A DNA stretch of 64,000 nucleotides from Williopsis jadinii (taxonomy: Eukaryota): contig AP024665.1 in assembly GCA_024346625.1 (NCBI GenBank), positions 2,108,001-2,172,000 on the forward strand, in the 5' to 3' direction. Both the position numbers and the translations under genes were made by a program. Position 1 is the stretch's first letter, and each line of letters starts with the position of its first letter. Positions 1 through 12,838 of this stretch are shown here, piece by piece. The notes below the pieces were generated by a model that saw only the letters and a program-made list of their open reading frames with translations, did no database searches and was not told where the DNA came from.

Positions 1-413
1 TGCTGTTGCTGCTCATGCTCTTGATGCTGTTGCTGATCTTGTTGTTGGTCATGTGGGATTTGCTGACCAACATCCAAGGCTGGCAGCTGGTTTGCCAAAT
101 TGTTATCTTCTTCTTCATCCTCTCCAGGGGTATCGAGCATATCTTCATCCTCTTGAGCGCCACCGTCATGACCATCATCCCTGAACCTGCGTTTCATCAC
201 ACGCTGTGGCTCTTCTGCGGGGCGCTTCATCCCTGATCTGTTACTATTGCTGCTACTGCCGCCGCCATTGTTATTGTTGATGTTCTGAGCACCACTAGAC
301 GACAACCCAGGCAACGCTAGTTCAGCATGGTAAACATACTGATCTTCGGCCTTGAGACGGCAGCTGATGGGGGTTTCAGCGTTCATTAGCGGTTGGCGAG
401 ATGGTCCTGACAT
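1..413 (-). CDS. 5' part of an unknown protein with a low-complexity Q/E/H/D-rich N-terminus (runs off window start)
   Basis: Manual translation from ATG at 413: MSGPSRQPLMNAETPISCRLKAEDQ...MKRPAEEPQRVMKRRFRDDGHDGG...QQQDQQQHQEHEQQQ. Frame stays open to base 1; absent from the ORF track because there is no stop in the window. Confidence 0.7.
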   Translation of the reverse strand, partial: MSGPSRQPLMNAETPISCRLKAEDQYVYHAELALPGLSSSGAQNINNNNGGGSSSNSNRSGMKRPAEEPQRVMKRRFRDDGHDGGAQEDEDMLDTPGEDEEEDNNLANQLPALDVGQQIPHDQQQDQQQHQEHEQQQ

Positions 414-940
414 GTTTCTAACAACAACGCCTCCTGGTGTGTCTTTCTCTCCTCTTTACAACACAGTTGTTCGGGTGGTAGTGTCAAAGCACAGGGGAAC
501 AACACAAACAAACAAGCAAGCACGAACGCAAACGAAAAGGGACAAAATATGAAATCAAGTGCACCTGTGGTAAGGAATAACGATCAGACTGAAAACTTTC
601 CCTGTATCTCTCTCACACACGCTCTCGATCTTCTCTTCTCGTGTTTTCACAACGATTTGTAAGCCCCAAAGATCTCACTCCCAGTCGAAACAAATACAAA
701 ATGCGTGTGTGCTTTTTTTGCTTGTGAACGCCCTATGTGATTTTTTTTTTCCTGCGGTATTGGGGGCCTTTGGTTGCAATTCCCCGACTGCTTTTCCCCT
801 TGTGCAAGAACAACAGGGCAAACGGGGGAAAGCAGGAAGTTTTCTTAAGTGCACGGATGTTTCGTTGTACTGTTTTCTCACGCCGAGGAGCTCGCTAATA
901 ACTCCAAGGTCATCGGTTGCGAAGAACAGAAAGGCCAAAC

Positions 941-1870
941 ATGATTAGGTTCCATCGCTCGCTACTATCTGCCGTTACAAAGAGAAGCTACTATGCTTCT
1001 TCGAACCAGGCTCTTACTGAACAGCTCATGTCTAAAGACATTCCCACTGTTGAGCTGAGTTATGACCTCATTAACGAGCAGTCGTCGACGATACCGCGGA
1101 GCCCAGTTCTGATCCTTCATGGATTGTTTGGATCCAAATCAAACAACAGATCCATTGCGCGTGAGCTCAACTCAAGACTGGAGAGGGACATATATTGCCT
1201 GGATCTGAGGAATCATGGAGACTCGCCTCATGATTCCCGCCATGACTATCCGGCCCTTGCCGCTGATGTTGAAAGGTTTATCAAAGATCACCAACTGGGC
1301 CAGAGCATACTCCTGGGACACTCTATGGGTGCGAAGGCAGCAATGGCTGTAGCGTTGAGGTCGAAGTCTCTTGTGGAAATTCTTATTTCTGTAGATAACG
1401 CCCCGGTGAATCTCCAGCCAAGTTCCAAGTTCATCGAGTACGTCAAGATCTTACAACAGTTGGAAAACAACCCAGAGATCACCACGGCGAAAGAGGCGAA
1501 TAACGAATTCAAGAAATATGAGGAGAACGATTCTGTAAGACAGTTCCTGTTACAAAATCTACGCAAAGACAAAGAAACCGGCATGATGACAAGTAGAGTG
1601 CCCTTGGATATTATGAAGAAAGCGCTTATAAAGGGGAACGTTGCGTCCTGGGAATTTGATCCCAACTACGCATCATGGTCTGGGCCTGCGTTGTTCATAC
1701 GGGGTGCAAAGAGTACATACGTTCCAGATGAGTATCTTCCAGATATCGGCCGTTTCTTTCCAAATTTTGAAGTTCGTGAAATAGATGCAGGGCACTGGGT
1801 AATGGCAGAAAAGCCTAAGGAAAGTGTTGATGCTATAGTTGAATTCATCCAAAGACATGAAGATATTTAG
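941..1870 (+). CDS. IMO32: Mitochondrial alpha/beta hydrolase (IMO32/ABHD11 type, paralog of Eat1)
   Basis: LHGLFGS, DLRNHGDS, nucleophile elbow GHSMG, C-terminal AGHWV; Arg/Ser-rich presequence from first ATG at 941. GHSMG rather than GYSLG favours IMO32 over EAT1. Confidence 0.8.
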   Translation: MIRFHRSLLSAVTKRSYYASSNQALTEQLMSKDIPTVELSYDLINEQSSTIPRSPVLILHGLFGSKSNNRSIARELNSRLERDIYCLDLRNHGDSPHDSRHDYPALAADVERFIKDHQLGQSILLGHSMGAKAAMAVALRSKSLVEILISVDNAPVNLQPSSKFIEYVKILQQLENNPEITTAKEANNEFKKYEENDSVRQFLLQNLRKDKETGMMTSRVPLDIMKKALIKGNVASWEFDPNYASWSGPALFIRGAKSTYVPDEYLPDIGRFFPNFEVREIDAGHWVMAEKPKESVDAIVEFIQRHEDI

Positions 1871-4800
1871 AAGCTAGTGGCTATAATTCGAGCACAGAGG
1901 CAATGAGTATATGCTGCTTAAAGTGTGGTGCACCCACTAACTATGGTATACATGCTCTTTAATTTAAAGAGTAGACCCGACCTTTGGGATAGTATAGACT
2001 AAGCAGTTTTCGTAGTTTCAACACAACTGCGGTCATAGGTCCAAAGTCTACAAGTGTTCTGTCAATTGACCTCCTATACACTAAATTCGTTTGTCCTTGT
2101 AAGATAAATGCACTGCATATAGTTATTACCAGCAAATCAAATCTCGGTATGCTTAAAACTCATCACCACATCACTACTATGGACCGTTGGAGGCTTTGTT
2201 TCAATGCAATTTAACCATTGACAAAGTCCCCCTCCCCGAGCTTCTATGTGCAACCGACCAGCTCCCAAAAGGTTAGAGTTATTTCTATAGCTGCAAACTG
2301 ACTGATATATGGTCTTCAACACTCTTATTGATCGACACAAACCGCCTGAACATACTGACTAGCTGATGCTCAGCGTAGGACTCAGAGGTGGAGAAGCGGT
2401 CGAGATGCAAGACACTCGCCCTCTTCAGGCCCATCTAACAATAATCTGAGCCCTCTTGTCTTTAATGTGTGCGTTACAACGTATTACAACTGCCTTATGC
2501 AATCGATCTGTTGTATGTAATGTAACTTCGAGATATTCTACGTTATGTACGATTGTGTCCGCGTAATATCTGCTCATGGGTACTGTCGGAAAACATCGAA
2601 GGCGCACCCGGTGTAGGCAAACTGCTCCCGTGTCCCATTACATCTGCACTAGCCCGACCTAGCCGTACTGACAGTTAACTTCCAACCTCGAAGTTGCAAG
2701 TACATAGCTGAGAGTACTGAGCTGTAGGTACTAAGCTGGAAGCACCAATTGCATGTCTGCTGATGCCTAATGTTCCCACCTTTGCACGAGTTGAAGTGCA
2801 CATGAAAGACATGTTTTGGACGTGTACACCTCGGCCGTTGTACATACAACAAAGCCCACGCACCATGTCCTTAACTCTCGAAGTGTTTACATATACGACA
2901 TGAACGCATACGCATTGCGCGCTATGCGATTACCTAAGACTCGTTACTGTGGGATTAAGAAACCACATTCAAACGAACCAAAGTGGAGCTTTTCTGGAGA
3001 CGTACCCTGTGATTAAATCTTTGGTCTTCTGGATTGTGCCTTTGTAGAATTATGATTGTCGAAGGCGTAGGAGTCAACGTGGATGTATTAAAGGTATTTG
3101 ACAGTCATAAAAACATGAAATGTGGTGGAGGAAGCTGGAGACCACCCGTCTGTACCTACCTTCTTAATATTCTTACATCAGCGGCAGGGTTCTCAATCTA
3201 CTTTCGAACTTCCGATCTCTCAGATCCACATTGGGAAACAAAATCCGATGTTCTTCCGTTTCCAGTGGGAACATTACCAAGACGCGATAAATAACAACAA
3301 CTGATGAAGTTAGGCGTTCATTGTTGGAAACTGGCCTTTTGAAGCCAATTCTGAGATAGTGGACTCCTCCAACTTGGTTTGAAGGTGTGCGTGATATTTA
3401 CGCGGACTACAGAACACCAAAGATACCTACATGGAAAACTGTTCCTTAAAGTGCCAGCGTGTAATATGCAATTCTTGGCCCGATGCAACCTCAAAACCAC
3501 CGGGATAGTGTTCCACATCGCCACCGTGCGGATCAAACATCAAGTCTATATACCTTCTACGTATTCCCCTAATCGTTTCGCCAACCTCGTCCGCCTTATA
3601 TATCGATCGTATAATTCTCACTACCCACTAACGTGCATGCGTTATTTATACCTCATTCGTAATTTACTGGCGTTGAGCCTTGGCTTCGATAGTAAGCTAT
3701 AGCAAGTGTTGATACAGATGAGCACAATTCCGATCAATCATTGCCACATCATAAAGGTGAGGGATGCGATGCTGATGAACATTCTTTGATACCAAGAGTT
3801 GTAAGACGGCTGTTGTAGAACAATTAATGAACAACGAAATCACAGAGGAAAGTGAAAATAGTACTGCACACCAACGCCAATCTGTCTCGACTGAACCATT
3901 CGTATCAAAATCAGCTTATAAGAGTGCGGCTTGGGGTTTTCACTTTCTAAGCCAGTACTTAAAATTGCTGGTTAGATGCTACTCAATTATATATGATCTA
4001 GTCTTGAGGTATTGTCGTAAGTTAGCCTGAAGTAAGACATTCACATAAAATGGAAAGACATCAAACCTATACGTTAATATAACGTGTTCTAAATATGTTT
4101 GATTTCGAAATCTTTGTAGTGGAAACTAAATACACATTGAAATGATGATTGTGGCACTGTAGCGCATAATTCCTTCCAAAACACATCTATAACTTCATTG
4201 TCTTGACAAATTATCAACTGTATCATTGAGTAAGTTTATAGTGGCAATTTGAAGCATTCTTAACACCGTTTGGTCTTTCTCGATATCGTTGATCCTAAAA
4301 AGAAGCGTTGGTATGTAAAGCAATCGTTTGCTGTTAAATCAAAAAAGGATTACATTGTAAGATGGTCTATGTGTGTTGTAATTCTTAACTCCAACTGTAG
4401 GGTCATAAGTACTTTAACGTCCGAGTCGTGTTTGTTAGGGACAATCCAATAAGAGTGAATCTAATTGTTACCTGTTGACATAAAACTTGATACATAATCA
4501 CCTACGGATCTTTAACTTCTCAGTATTAGATCAGGTACAATCTTCGCAGTATAACTCCAAACAGGATACCAAAATGTCACAGTAGAGAGTGATCTCTCCA
4601 ATGGTTTGCTTGTAACTTCTTATACTGCAGGATGCCATAAATAATTTCGAACTTTCCAGTTCTGAAAGCTATATTTTATATCGGTTGACCTAAAGAGTCC
4701 TGGACCTTTTCCACGCATGTTTTAACCCTCACTTCATTCCTGATTTAAGTCTATCCAGAGTTAGGTCACCACACCCACTTCTTGAAATATTGCTTCTCGA

Positions 4801-7800
4801 TTACTATTGGCATTCATCTACTAACGCAGAACTTTGCATGGATGCGTCACTGCTGAATTACAGCCAATATGTAAGTTTTTGTCTAGATAGATCTGAAGAA
4901 GTGATCACATGTTTCAATCTGATTGTGACCACTTCAATAAAAAACAGACCTCAAAGATTTACATGACTTCTAATGTTCTGGGCCATAGTTGATCTAACGA
5001 AGTCTATAACGCAATGATTCGGTGAATGTAACACTTCCAATATTTGTGGACATTCTTTCTTGAGACTAATGCCCATACCCCGCCAGGAGACCCATAATCA
5101 ATATAAACCGTGCTTCTACACACCATCGAGACAGTTTCCTTAAACTTTCACTACAGTAACTAGATGGACAACTCAATACAAACCTTCATTCTTGAATTTA
5201 CACTTTCACTCATCGTTTACTCACTTCAGCTGCTTGACAAATGTTTATTTTGAGGCTGTTTGTTTCCGAATCGTTCTAAATTTTAATGAAACGTACCCGA
5301 ATGTGAGCCGTGAAACTGAAATGCTAGCTTGCATGCACACCGTACATGGTACTACATATAGAAGGTTAATGCCGAGGACTTGCCGCACACTTACTGTTTG
5401 CACACAGGTACTCTTTATCAATGTTCATACTATAACTGTTAAGCCTTTCGAAGTCTCATGGCCACTTAGTCAACCCCTTAAGGTGTAAAGTTCTCAAATC
5501 TAACGTCACATTACGGAGTTATGACTTGGCTGTAATCATTTTGGCTTGTCGTGACGTTTCGTGACCGTTTCGTAAACCGTTTTTTTCTTTCCAATTACAC
5601 ATACTGCGTAAACTTTTGAGACCCAAATGCGGAGACTAACCCTGCAGCCTCCTTTAGGGATTCGCTTACTCGAATCTGAATGTGATCGACATGTACTTCT
5701 CGTACTGCAAAGTTTTTGTTCCGTGTTGACTAACGTTGTGTTTCCTGAATGATTAACGAATTGTATCCACCTGTTTTCCACGATAAATCGTCGCTGACAC
5801 CAGGTATTAAGTAGTCCATCATGGCTGACCACGTCTGTCTTGTTCAACGCCTTCGAGAACTAACGGAACTACAAACCGTATGTAGTGATAATTCCCCTGG
5901 TGTCTGGACCAATTCTTGCAAATACAGTTCTTTTGCATGCTGGTCTCTGCCGCCAAAATCGCATATTGTGTGGAATGTACGTAGTCTCAAGGATTAGGAG
6001 TTAGAATCTCTTGGTGATAATAATTGAACCGCTTGGGATATAGTGGCGCAGTATACAGTCTTCTCATAATCAAATACGTATCCAACGAATGCACATTAAT
6101 ATTTATACGTCATCATGACGGCAAAGCCATGTGCTGCCACTGTCATTTTGTATAATTTTGTGCTTCTCCTTTATCGCTTTAGAGGCAACTATGATAAGAT
6201 TGCCTCTTCTTTACTCAGGACTTAATATGCTGCTATGGCTCATGTAATGGTGTTCAAAAAGCTGGCATTGACAGTCTATAAGGAGTTATTTGAATTCTAT
6301 GCTGGCAATACTCCAAAGCACGACCAGTTTAAATCCTCACGGAAAGTTAACAATTTGTTCGCTTATTTTTCCCCTGTCAGGAAGCTATCAAGTGTAATCA
6401 GCAACATGTAGGTTGACTCTTAGTAGTTAAACCATGCATCCATGATATAAAGGAGGGGGGTATGCTTATACGTTAAGACGTGACCAGTAGGTTGTACCCT
6501 TGATCATCCACTCTCAAATGGCCGACTGTGATTCTACTTAGCGCAGACAATACAGTAGGAAAACCAAAGAGAATTGTTATTTCGCCTGTGTATGTAGACC
6601 TACAGGTTACCAGCCCTTATAAGTTTTACCACTGATGGCATGTACGAAGGATTACAGTGTGGTAGCTTTTGATGAGCGAAGGTTATAATATCTTCAATCG
6701 ACAATCATGTATGTGGCCCTTACTCCATGTACTGTACAGACCAATTAGATGTCATCAAAGGGTTCTATTAAAATGATTAGTAGTGTTGAGAACACTTAGG
6801 CTTAAACCCCTGTTTCCATATTTTTTGAGGTTTGGCATGAAGATGCACTTTTCAGTGTGTCTTTGTATTTTGAAAGTCTTGGGAATGAACAGATAAAACT
6901 TGATCATTAATTAATAGACCTGACGGGTGTGTCTTCTTATTGCAATCTTATAAGATCAAACGTACATTAAGAACAAGAGATGCTGAAGCGATGTCGATGG
7001 GCAAGTAGTGACCAACAGCAAGTGTCAAATGTTAAAATATGATACATGTTCTTCATAGTCTACGCTGTAAGGCGTTTTCACCTCATCTTGTACAAACTCG
7101 CAGCTGAGATCTGATCATGCAAGAGTATTTGACTGTAAAATGAACGAGTCGCCTCGTGGATCTTATTGTAGGAGGAGACTTTGGCCTGTCATCTAACGCA
7201 CGAAACGGGGAGTCAACGCCGTATACTTCGTTCTTATTCTGAACACCTCCAAAATCCAAGGTGGGATGATTACATATGTATAACCACATTTTACCTAGAA
7301 GGCTAGAGTTTGAAAGTTCCACCGCACATAACTTGATCTTGAACGGTGTACATCTCTGGTCTTCCGGTCGTCCTGGATCAGATTGGTTTGTACTCCAAGT
7401 TATACTTCGCCCACGCTTCTACATCAATGCATGCGTGTAACCGTTGCAATAGCACGAAACAAACCTGAGCTAGTACGACGTGTATACGTTGCAAAATGCT
7501 CGTGCTCGGTTACGGGCACTCGGCGTATTCCATGGTTCATAAAAAGGAGAATCTAGAACAACAGCTATGTGCAGAGGATGGTGACTACGCGTAAAGTAGT
7601 TAGTCTTCCATTTTTCACATGCGGGTATCCTTCACCAGACCAAAGTTGGTGATACCAAGGTCAAACTTTGTTTTGCGGAGACCAATGTCCAATACTGATG
7701 GGTAATGCGGACTTGTGCAACGTACTTGGCTTGAAAGGCTCGACCTCTCTCGCCCTGATCCGCGTCGCTTTCAGTGAAAGCTAATTCAAAATTCCCTCCC

Positions 7801-8500
7801 TCAAATGCACGCTTGGTCACTGACCACATGCAGGATCTGCAGCGCGCTGCAAGTACAAGTCGTTCATGTCGAATGAAGTGATTACCAAAGTCCACATCTA
7901 CACGCTCAGACCAGCCAATAGAGGACAAAAGCTGAAAAAGAAAAAAAACACAAAGTGGTACTAAAAAGAATGGAAATCACAACTTCTATAAAAGAATCTG
8001 ATTGTTTTCATTTAATCCCTGTTCACATCCCAAATTATTTTAATACGCTCTGTATCTTTTTTTTCATCGTTGTTTGATTTCTTCTCTGAGTTACAAGCTC
8101 TCCTTCTTTTCTGTTGCTGTTTCCCTCTTGAATACGCTTTCTGTGAGAAAGAGACACACTTCAGTTTCATTATTTTAGTTTCTCAAGTTTTAGTACCGGT
8201 TACTTTGGCCTGTTTCTTGTGTACGTCATAATAAGCGTTTGTTTGTCTTTTCTTTTTTGTCCTGGATATCTGCTGAGCCTCTTAAGCAGGGACAACTTGT
8301 GGACTCAATTACGTCTCAGGTTTTTTCATCAACGATTTTGATCTTTGTTGTTTGTTGTTTCAGTCCTTCGTTCCATATATCACACATTTGAAGGAATAAA
8401 ATTGCTGGTCTCTTGGAAGAGTGACTACAATCTCCGATCCACATATCCTTGGTGTTATTATTTGCCTCCCCTTCTTTGAACCATTTTAGTTGATAACAGG

Positions 8501-9850
8501 ATGGAGTTCATGGTATCCTTTGACTCGTCAAGGACAAGATCTCAACAATCACAGACGTCGGCGCCATCCACGAACACATCCATCCAACAACAGCAGTATC
8601 AACAAGCACCGTATCCACAGGATCAATTCCAACAGTCACACCTGATTGGCTCTTCAGATACGTCATCAATCCCAAAACAGGATGGGTTAATTGATACTCA
8701 AGCACAGCAACATCATCAGGGCCAACTTGGCCAACAACAGCACCATTTCACAAGTGCTAAGCAGGACAATTTCTACTTTGAAAACAACTCACAGCTCCCT
8801 TCGCATCAGCAACAACAACAACCACAGTTGACTCCATTAGCTATGAAGAACGACTTGTTATCTCAAAGCAGTGGGTTACTTGAGCCAACACCAGGGTACT
8901 TGCGGTCGGAGTTCTTTACAGGAAGTAATACGCCGTCACTTTATCCTCCACCATATCAAAGGTCAGCATCTCTTGGTGGACCACAACAACAAGAGTTGGC
9001 GAATGAACATTTCCAAAGTCATTCAAAACAAATTATGGTTCCGGATTTGAACGCACCTTCCAATGCGATGTTTCAATTCCCCTTGAATAATTCATCTGGA
9101 GCCAATTCTAATCTGCAAAGAAATGACTTTGTATCTGGGTTTTACCCAGTTAATACTGCTGTGCCTCCACTACAGCAGCAGCAGCAGCAACAACAACAGC
9201 AACAACAACATCATCATCACCATCATTCTCACCATCCTCACCATCATCCTCATACCCATACACATCCTCATAATCATCATCATGACAATAACAACAATGA
9301 TAACAACACTCACATTCCGCAACAGCAACAGCAAGAACAACAACAACAGTTTCAGCAACATATCAGCCAACCTCAACAAGTCGCGCCACAGATGGAGGTT
9401 AGTCAAACTATGAGATATCCCGATATGTATCAGCGATCATACTCGTACGATACTCCACTCACAACATCAATGATGGTTCAACCATCGTCATCGACATATA
9501 ATTACATCCAGCCCACAAATACCACAGGACAAGTTGATCAAAGCGATGAAATGACAAGATTACAATCTTACTATAAGAACAACAACATAGTGGAACAGTT
9601 CACCAAGGATGACATTGTCGTTCTAAAGTCGTTGTTGCAAAATGGTGAAAAGATGAAATGGAGGTATATCTCTTCAAGGCTGTCCACCTTAACTGGTCGA
9701 AGATCAACCTCTGCAACGTGTTGTAAAAAGGCCAAGGAACTCTTCAAGCTGCCAAGTGAGAAAAACAGTGGTACTCTGGGCACAAGCTTACCATATCTTA
9801 TTCATAACTCTTGGGACGCAATAGTGGATGACAGTTTGGTTGAAGGTTAG
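8501..9850 (+). CDS. Q/H-rich putative transcriptional regulator with a C-terminal Myb/SANT-like helical domain (resembles Candida AAF1)
   Basis: 449-aa ORF with polyQ/polyH tracts; C-terminal FTKDDIVVLKSLL...KWRYISSRL motif. Confidence 0.6.
   Translation: MEFMVSFDSSRTRSQQSQTSAPSTNTSIQQQQYQQAPYPQDQFQQSHLIGSSDTSSIPKQDGLIDTQAQQHHQGQLGQQQHHFTSAKQDNFYFENNSQLPSHQQQQQPQLTPLAMKNDLLSQSSGLLEPTPGYLRSEFFTGSNTPSLYPPPYQRSASLGGPQQQELANEHFQSHSKQIMVPDLNAPSNAMFQFPLNNSSGANSNLQRNDFVSGFYPVNTAVPPLQQQQQQQQQQQQHHHHHHSHHPHHHPHTHTHPHNHHHDNNNNDNNTHIPQQQQQEQQQQFQQHISQPQQVAPQMEVSQTMRYPDMYQRSYSYDTPLTTSMMVQPSSSTYNYIQPTNTTGQVDQSDEMTRLQSYYKNNNIVEQFTKDDIVVLKSLLQNGEKMKWRYISSRLSTLTGRRSTSATCCKKAKELFKLPSEKNSGTLGTSLPYLIHNSWDAIVDDSLVEG
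9173..9350 (+). repeat. CAG/CAA/CAT trinucleotide tracts coding polyQ/polyH/polyN
   Basis: Directly visible triplet repeats. Confidence 0.9.
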
Positions 9851-10527
9851 ACACTACACTGGCGACTCCACCCGCTGCCAAACACAGCCAAACACTGCCA
9901 CGCACCCCCACGTTAAACAACAACTTCTTGTAGATCATATCTCATGTTCTAGTAATGGTTCATCGCACGTCGATATTCTAATAACAGCCTAATGAATCTG
10001 ACTTAAAGACTCCTTGTAGAATCCAAAGTGTGTTCCAAACTTTTATTCCTTGATTGGAACCACTAATCGGAAAGGGTGCTTCAGCCGTGAAGTTCCAACA
10101 TACGGCGCGTCTATGACAGTGTCCTTCTATGAGGCGCCTATGGCGTATCTGCTATCTACGGGAGTAGTTGCTTTTATACTGATCATCTCTATTCACAAAC
10201 GAGCCTTCTTCGCTGTTATATAACCGTGGAAGCAAGAACCACTACGTCTACGAGATGAGCTTTAAAAAAAATACAAGGCTTACTTCACCAATTCCATCAA
10301 CCGCATCCTCCCAATCAACAACAGAACACTGATCGTGAGCACTATGTGCCAATACGATGATAGAGGTTGTTGTGGTTATGAGCACGGTGGTGTCGCGAAT
10401 TCCTTGGAGAAGAAGGAAACAACAATAAACAAAACAAAACAACACAACACAGACGGGAGGAACTTCGTGCTAAGCTGTGAAACAGTATCAAGCGCTTTGA
10501 TATAAACACAGCGGCGACTAGATAATA

Positions 10528-12822
10528 ATGTCTGAAGGTAACAACGACAGTGGGGTGAACCCGGGTACTGACGATGCTGTGATGAAGAGTTCAGATGTTG
10601 AACATCAAGAATACGAGGCTAATGTTGATGAAGGTGCTTTGGATGACTTGTTGGCTGAAGGAGTGACTGATGGGGATGACTCAATAGTTGAGGCACATAT
10701 CGCATCTGTTGGCGATGTTTCACCTCCTGGAACAATTGCAACTACTCAAGATGATGAATCTGCCGCACAGAATGAACAGAATGAAACTGTTGGACAGGAT
10801 GAGCAGATTGGATCCATTAATCCTACTGAACAGACTGAACAAGTTCAATCAGTTAAACCATCTGAAGAGGCTATACCGATTGAATCAGTCGGAACTCTGA
10901 AAGACAACAACGCAGTTGAACTCACCGAAAGTGCTGATACTACAGAATATCGTCAACCTACTGAATCTAATGACCGTGTTGTACCTGTTGAACATGCTGA
11001 ACCTCCTGAGACTACGGAGTCTTTTGAACAAAATAGCCCTGAAACTGTTCAGTCTGTCAACTCAAAAGATGAGGAACAGATAGATAATGAACAAAGTGAA
11101 GTACTTTCTAAGAGCGGAACTGAGAAAGTGTACAGCCATCCTCAGGATACGACAAATGATGAGAAGAATGGAACTGAAGAAGAGGGTGATGCAACTGGTG
11201 AGCAACCTGAAACATCTGTGAGCAAAGCAGAAGAGGAAAACCAAAGGGATCACCAAAGTGTGATTGATAAATCAGAAAAGCAAAAACACTCGAAAAACGT
11301 ATCCGGAACTAGTCAATCTACGGAGAAATCCAAGTCACCTAATCTTCAAACTTCCATTGCTGAAAATGATGAACCTTCAGAGATTGAAAAGACTTTACCT
11401 GATAACACGCCGACTTCTCCAGAGGCAACAATATTCAAGGTTGAAAAGACAGATCTTCAAGAACATACGAAGTATATTCGCACATTCCCAAAGAATTTCT
11501 CCCCAGCTTCGGTGAAAGCACCAACTTTCACAGATAACAAGATGCTTACCCCAACAAAAGATGATTATGTGTATATAAAGACTTCAGAAAAGGGTGAAAC
11601 TAAAGTAACGAAAAATGGACATCTTCTTGGTGGAAGAAGTTATATCTTCTCCACTTTTACCCTCCCTGGACGAGGGAAAAAACTTTATGTGCTAGCAGCT
11701 GAGGCTGCTAGAACATTGGGGGTCAGGGATGCATTCATACTATGTGCTCGCTTAAAACAACTTTGCAGACACAGTGCCAATGAGGAAGATAGGAAATTCC
11801 TTGAATCTTCTGGTATCCTACCATCAAAAATTCGGAATAGAACGATTGGTCTCGTTTCGGCCAAGTCTCTGTTCATGAATTTAGGTGCTCGTGTTGTGCT
11901 CAGTGGTAAAAGAATCGTTGATGATTATTGGGAAGATGAAGCGGTGGAACAAGGTTTTACTGAAGAGAGCCAGGTTTTCCCAGTGGATAAGAACTATGGA
12001 CCAAGAGCATCTCATCACCAAAGAAAAGAATATCCAAAGAAGATTTCCAAGCCTATTTCGTCCAAATTTTTGATGGTTCATCCAATGCCGTCCCTTGAAG
12101 AAAGAAGGGAGTATATCCAGAATGCCAGCAAAGGTGAATTGGCCTCCGTGTTACCAGGTCAAGGTATCGTTGGTGGTGTTGAGTTGGCTAGCGTTTCAAC
12201 CATTCCAAAGTACAAGAATGAAAATGGCCTTCCAATTAAAGGTGATCTGAAACCTTCAAATAGTCATAGACACCTGGGATTGATTATTGATAAGGGTTCC
12301 GGTCATGCTCCATTAACGACTGCTGTTGGAGGTATAAACAGATTGCCAATTAACGATGAGTTATCAGGTGATAAATCACCAATGGGATTGCCCTATTACA
12401 AAAAGAACGTTGTTAATAGGATCATTGAAGAGGATCCTGAAAAGCTTGAAGAGATTGAATATTTACACAGTACTGTTGAGATGAACAACTACATATCAAT
12501 GTCTAGAACGCAAAGGCTTAGACAATGGCCTTACTATTGGCAAATTAAAGCCGGTGTTGAAGCTGGTATGACAAGGGAACAGACTAATGAGGCTGAATAT
12601 CTACAGAAGAAGCGTGAGTTTCTAAAAGTTGAAGACGTTGAAACGCGGTTTAACGAGTATTTGAACTGTGATCAAGTGATGACAAAGAAGCGTAAACCAA
12701 ACCCAAATTATATTGGATGTGGAAATCTCAGCGGTGTTAAACCACCGTACGCTGAGAAACCTGTTCAAGAGCACACTGAACTAGCTGCTGATACCAGTGC
12801 TGTCCAGAAGCCATCAGAATAA
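10528..12822 (+). CDS. SWP82: Chromatin-remodelling subunit, Rsc7/Swp82 (CRC) family, with long acidic N-terminus
   Basis: GETKVTKNGHLLGGRSYIFSTF...GARVVLSGKRIVDDYWE CRC domain; adjacency to EMP47 and RGD2 mirrors YFL049W-YFL048C-YFL047W. Confidence 0.75.
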   Translation: MSEGNNDSGVNPGTDDAVMKSSDVEHQEYEANVDEGALDDLLAEGVTDGDDSIVEAHIASVGDVSPPGTIATTQDDESAAQNEQNETVGQDEQIGSINPTEQTEQVQSVKPSEEAIPIESVGTLKDNNAVELTESADTTEYRQPTESNDRVVPVEHAEPPETTESFEQNSPETVQSVNSKDEEQIDNEQSEVLSKSGTEKVYSHPQDTTNDEKNGTEEEGDATGEQPETSVSKAEEENQRDHQSVIDKSEKQKHSKNVSGTSQSTEKSKSPNLQTSIAENDEPSEIEKTLPDNTPTSPEATIFKVEKTDLQEHTKYIRTFPKNFSPASVKAPTFTDNKMLTPTKDDYVYIKTSEKGETKVTKNGHLLGGRSYIFSTFTLPGRGKKLYVLAAEAARTLGVRDAFILCARLKQLCRHSANEEDRKFLESSGILPSKIRNRTIGLVSAKSLFMNLGARVVLSGKRIVDDYWEDEAVEQGFTEESQVFPVDKNYGPRASHHQRKEYPKKISKPISSKFLMVHPMPSLEERREYIQNASKGELASVLPGQGIVGGVELASVSTIPKYKNENGLPIKGDLKPSNSHRHLGLIIDKGSGHAPLTTAVGGINRLPINDELSGDKSPMGLPYYKKNVVNRIIEEDPEKLEEIEYLHSTVEMNNYISMSRTQRLRQWPYYWQIKAGVEAGMTREQTNEAEYLQKKREFLKVEDVETRFNEYLNCDQVMTKKRKPNPNYIGCGNLSGVKPPYAEKPVQEHTELAADTSAVQKPSE

Positions 12823-12838
12823 TTCAATGTCATAAGTA

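Noticed and set aside
3321..6800. Several TGTTG words that could be LTR starts
   Set aside because: No matching CAACA end, target-site duplication or second copy could be identified.
2137..7928. About 20 short ORFs in the long intergenic region
   Set aside because: No recognisable domains, many non-ATG starts, random-like composition; no gag/pol or transposase motifs.
8221..8499. Possible 5'-UTR intron (GTACGT...AACAG before the ATG at 8501)
   Set aside because: No convincing branch-point sequence.
10000..10230. U6-like AGAGATGATCAG on the minus strand, a short TTCCAA/TTGGAA hairpin and a TATA-like element
   Set aside because: Only 12 nt match U6 and the rest of U6 is missing; H/ACA architecture is not supportable by eye. 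An Rfam scan would settle it.
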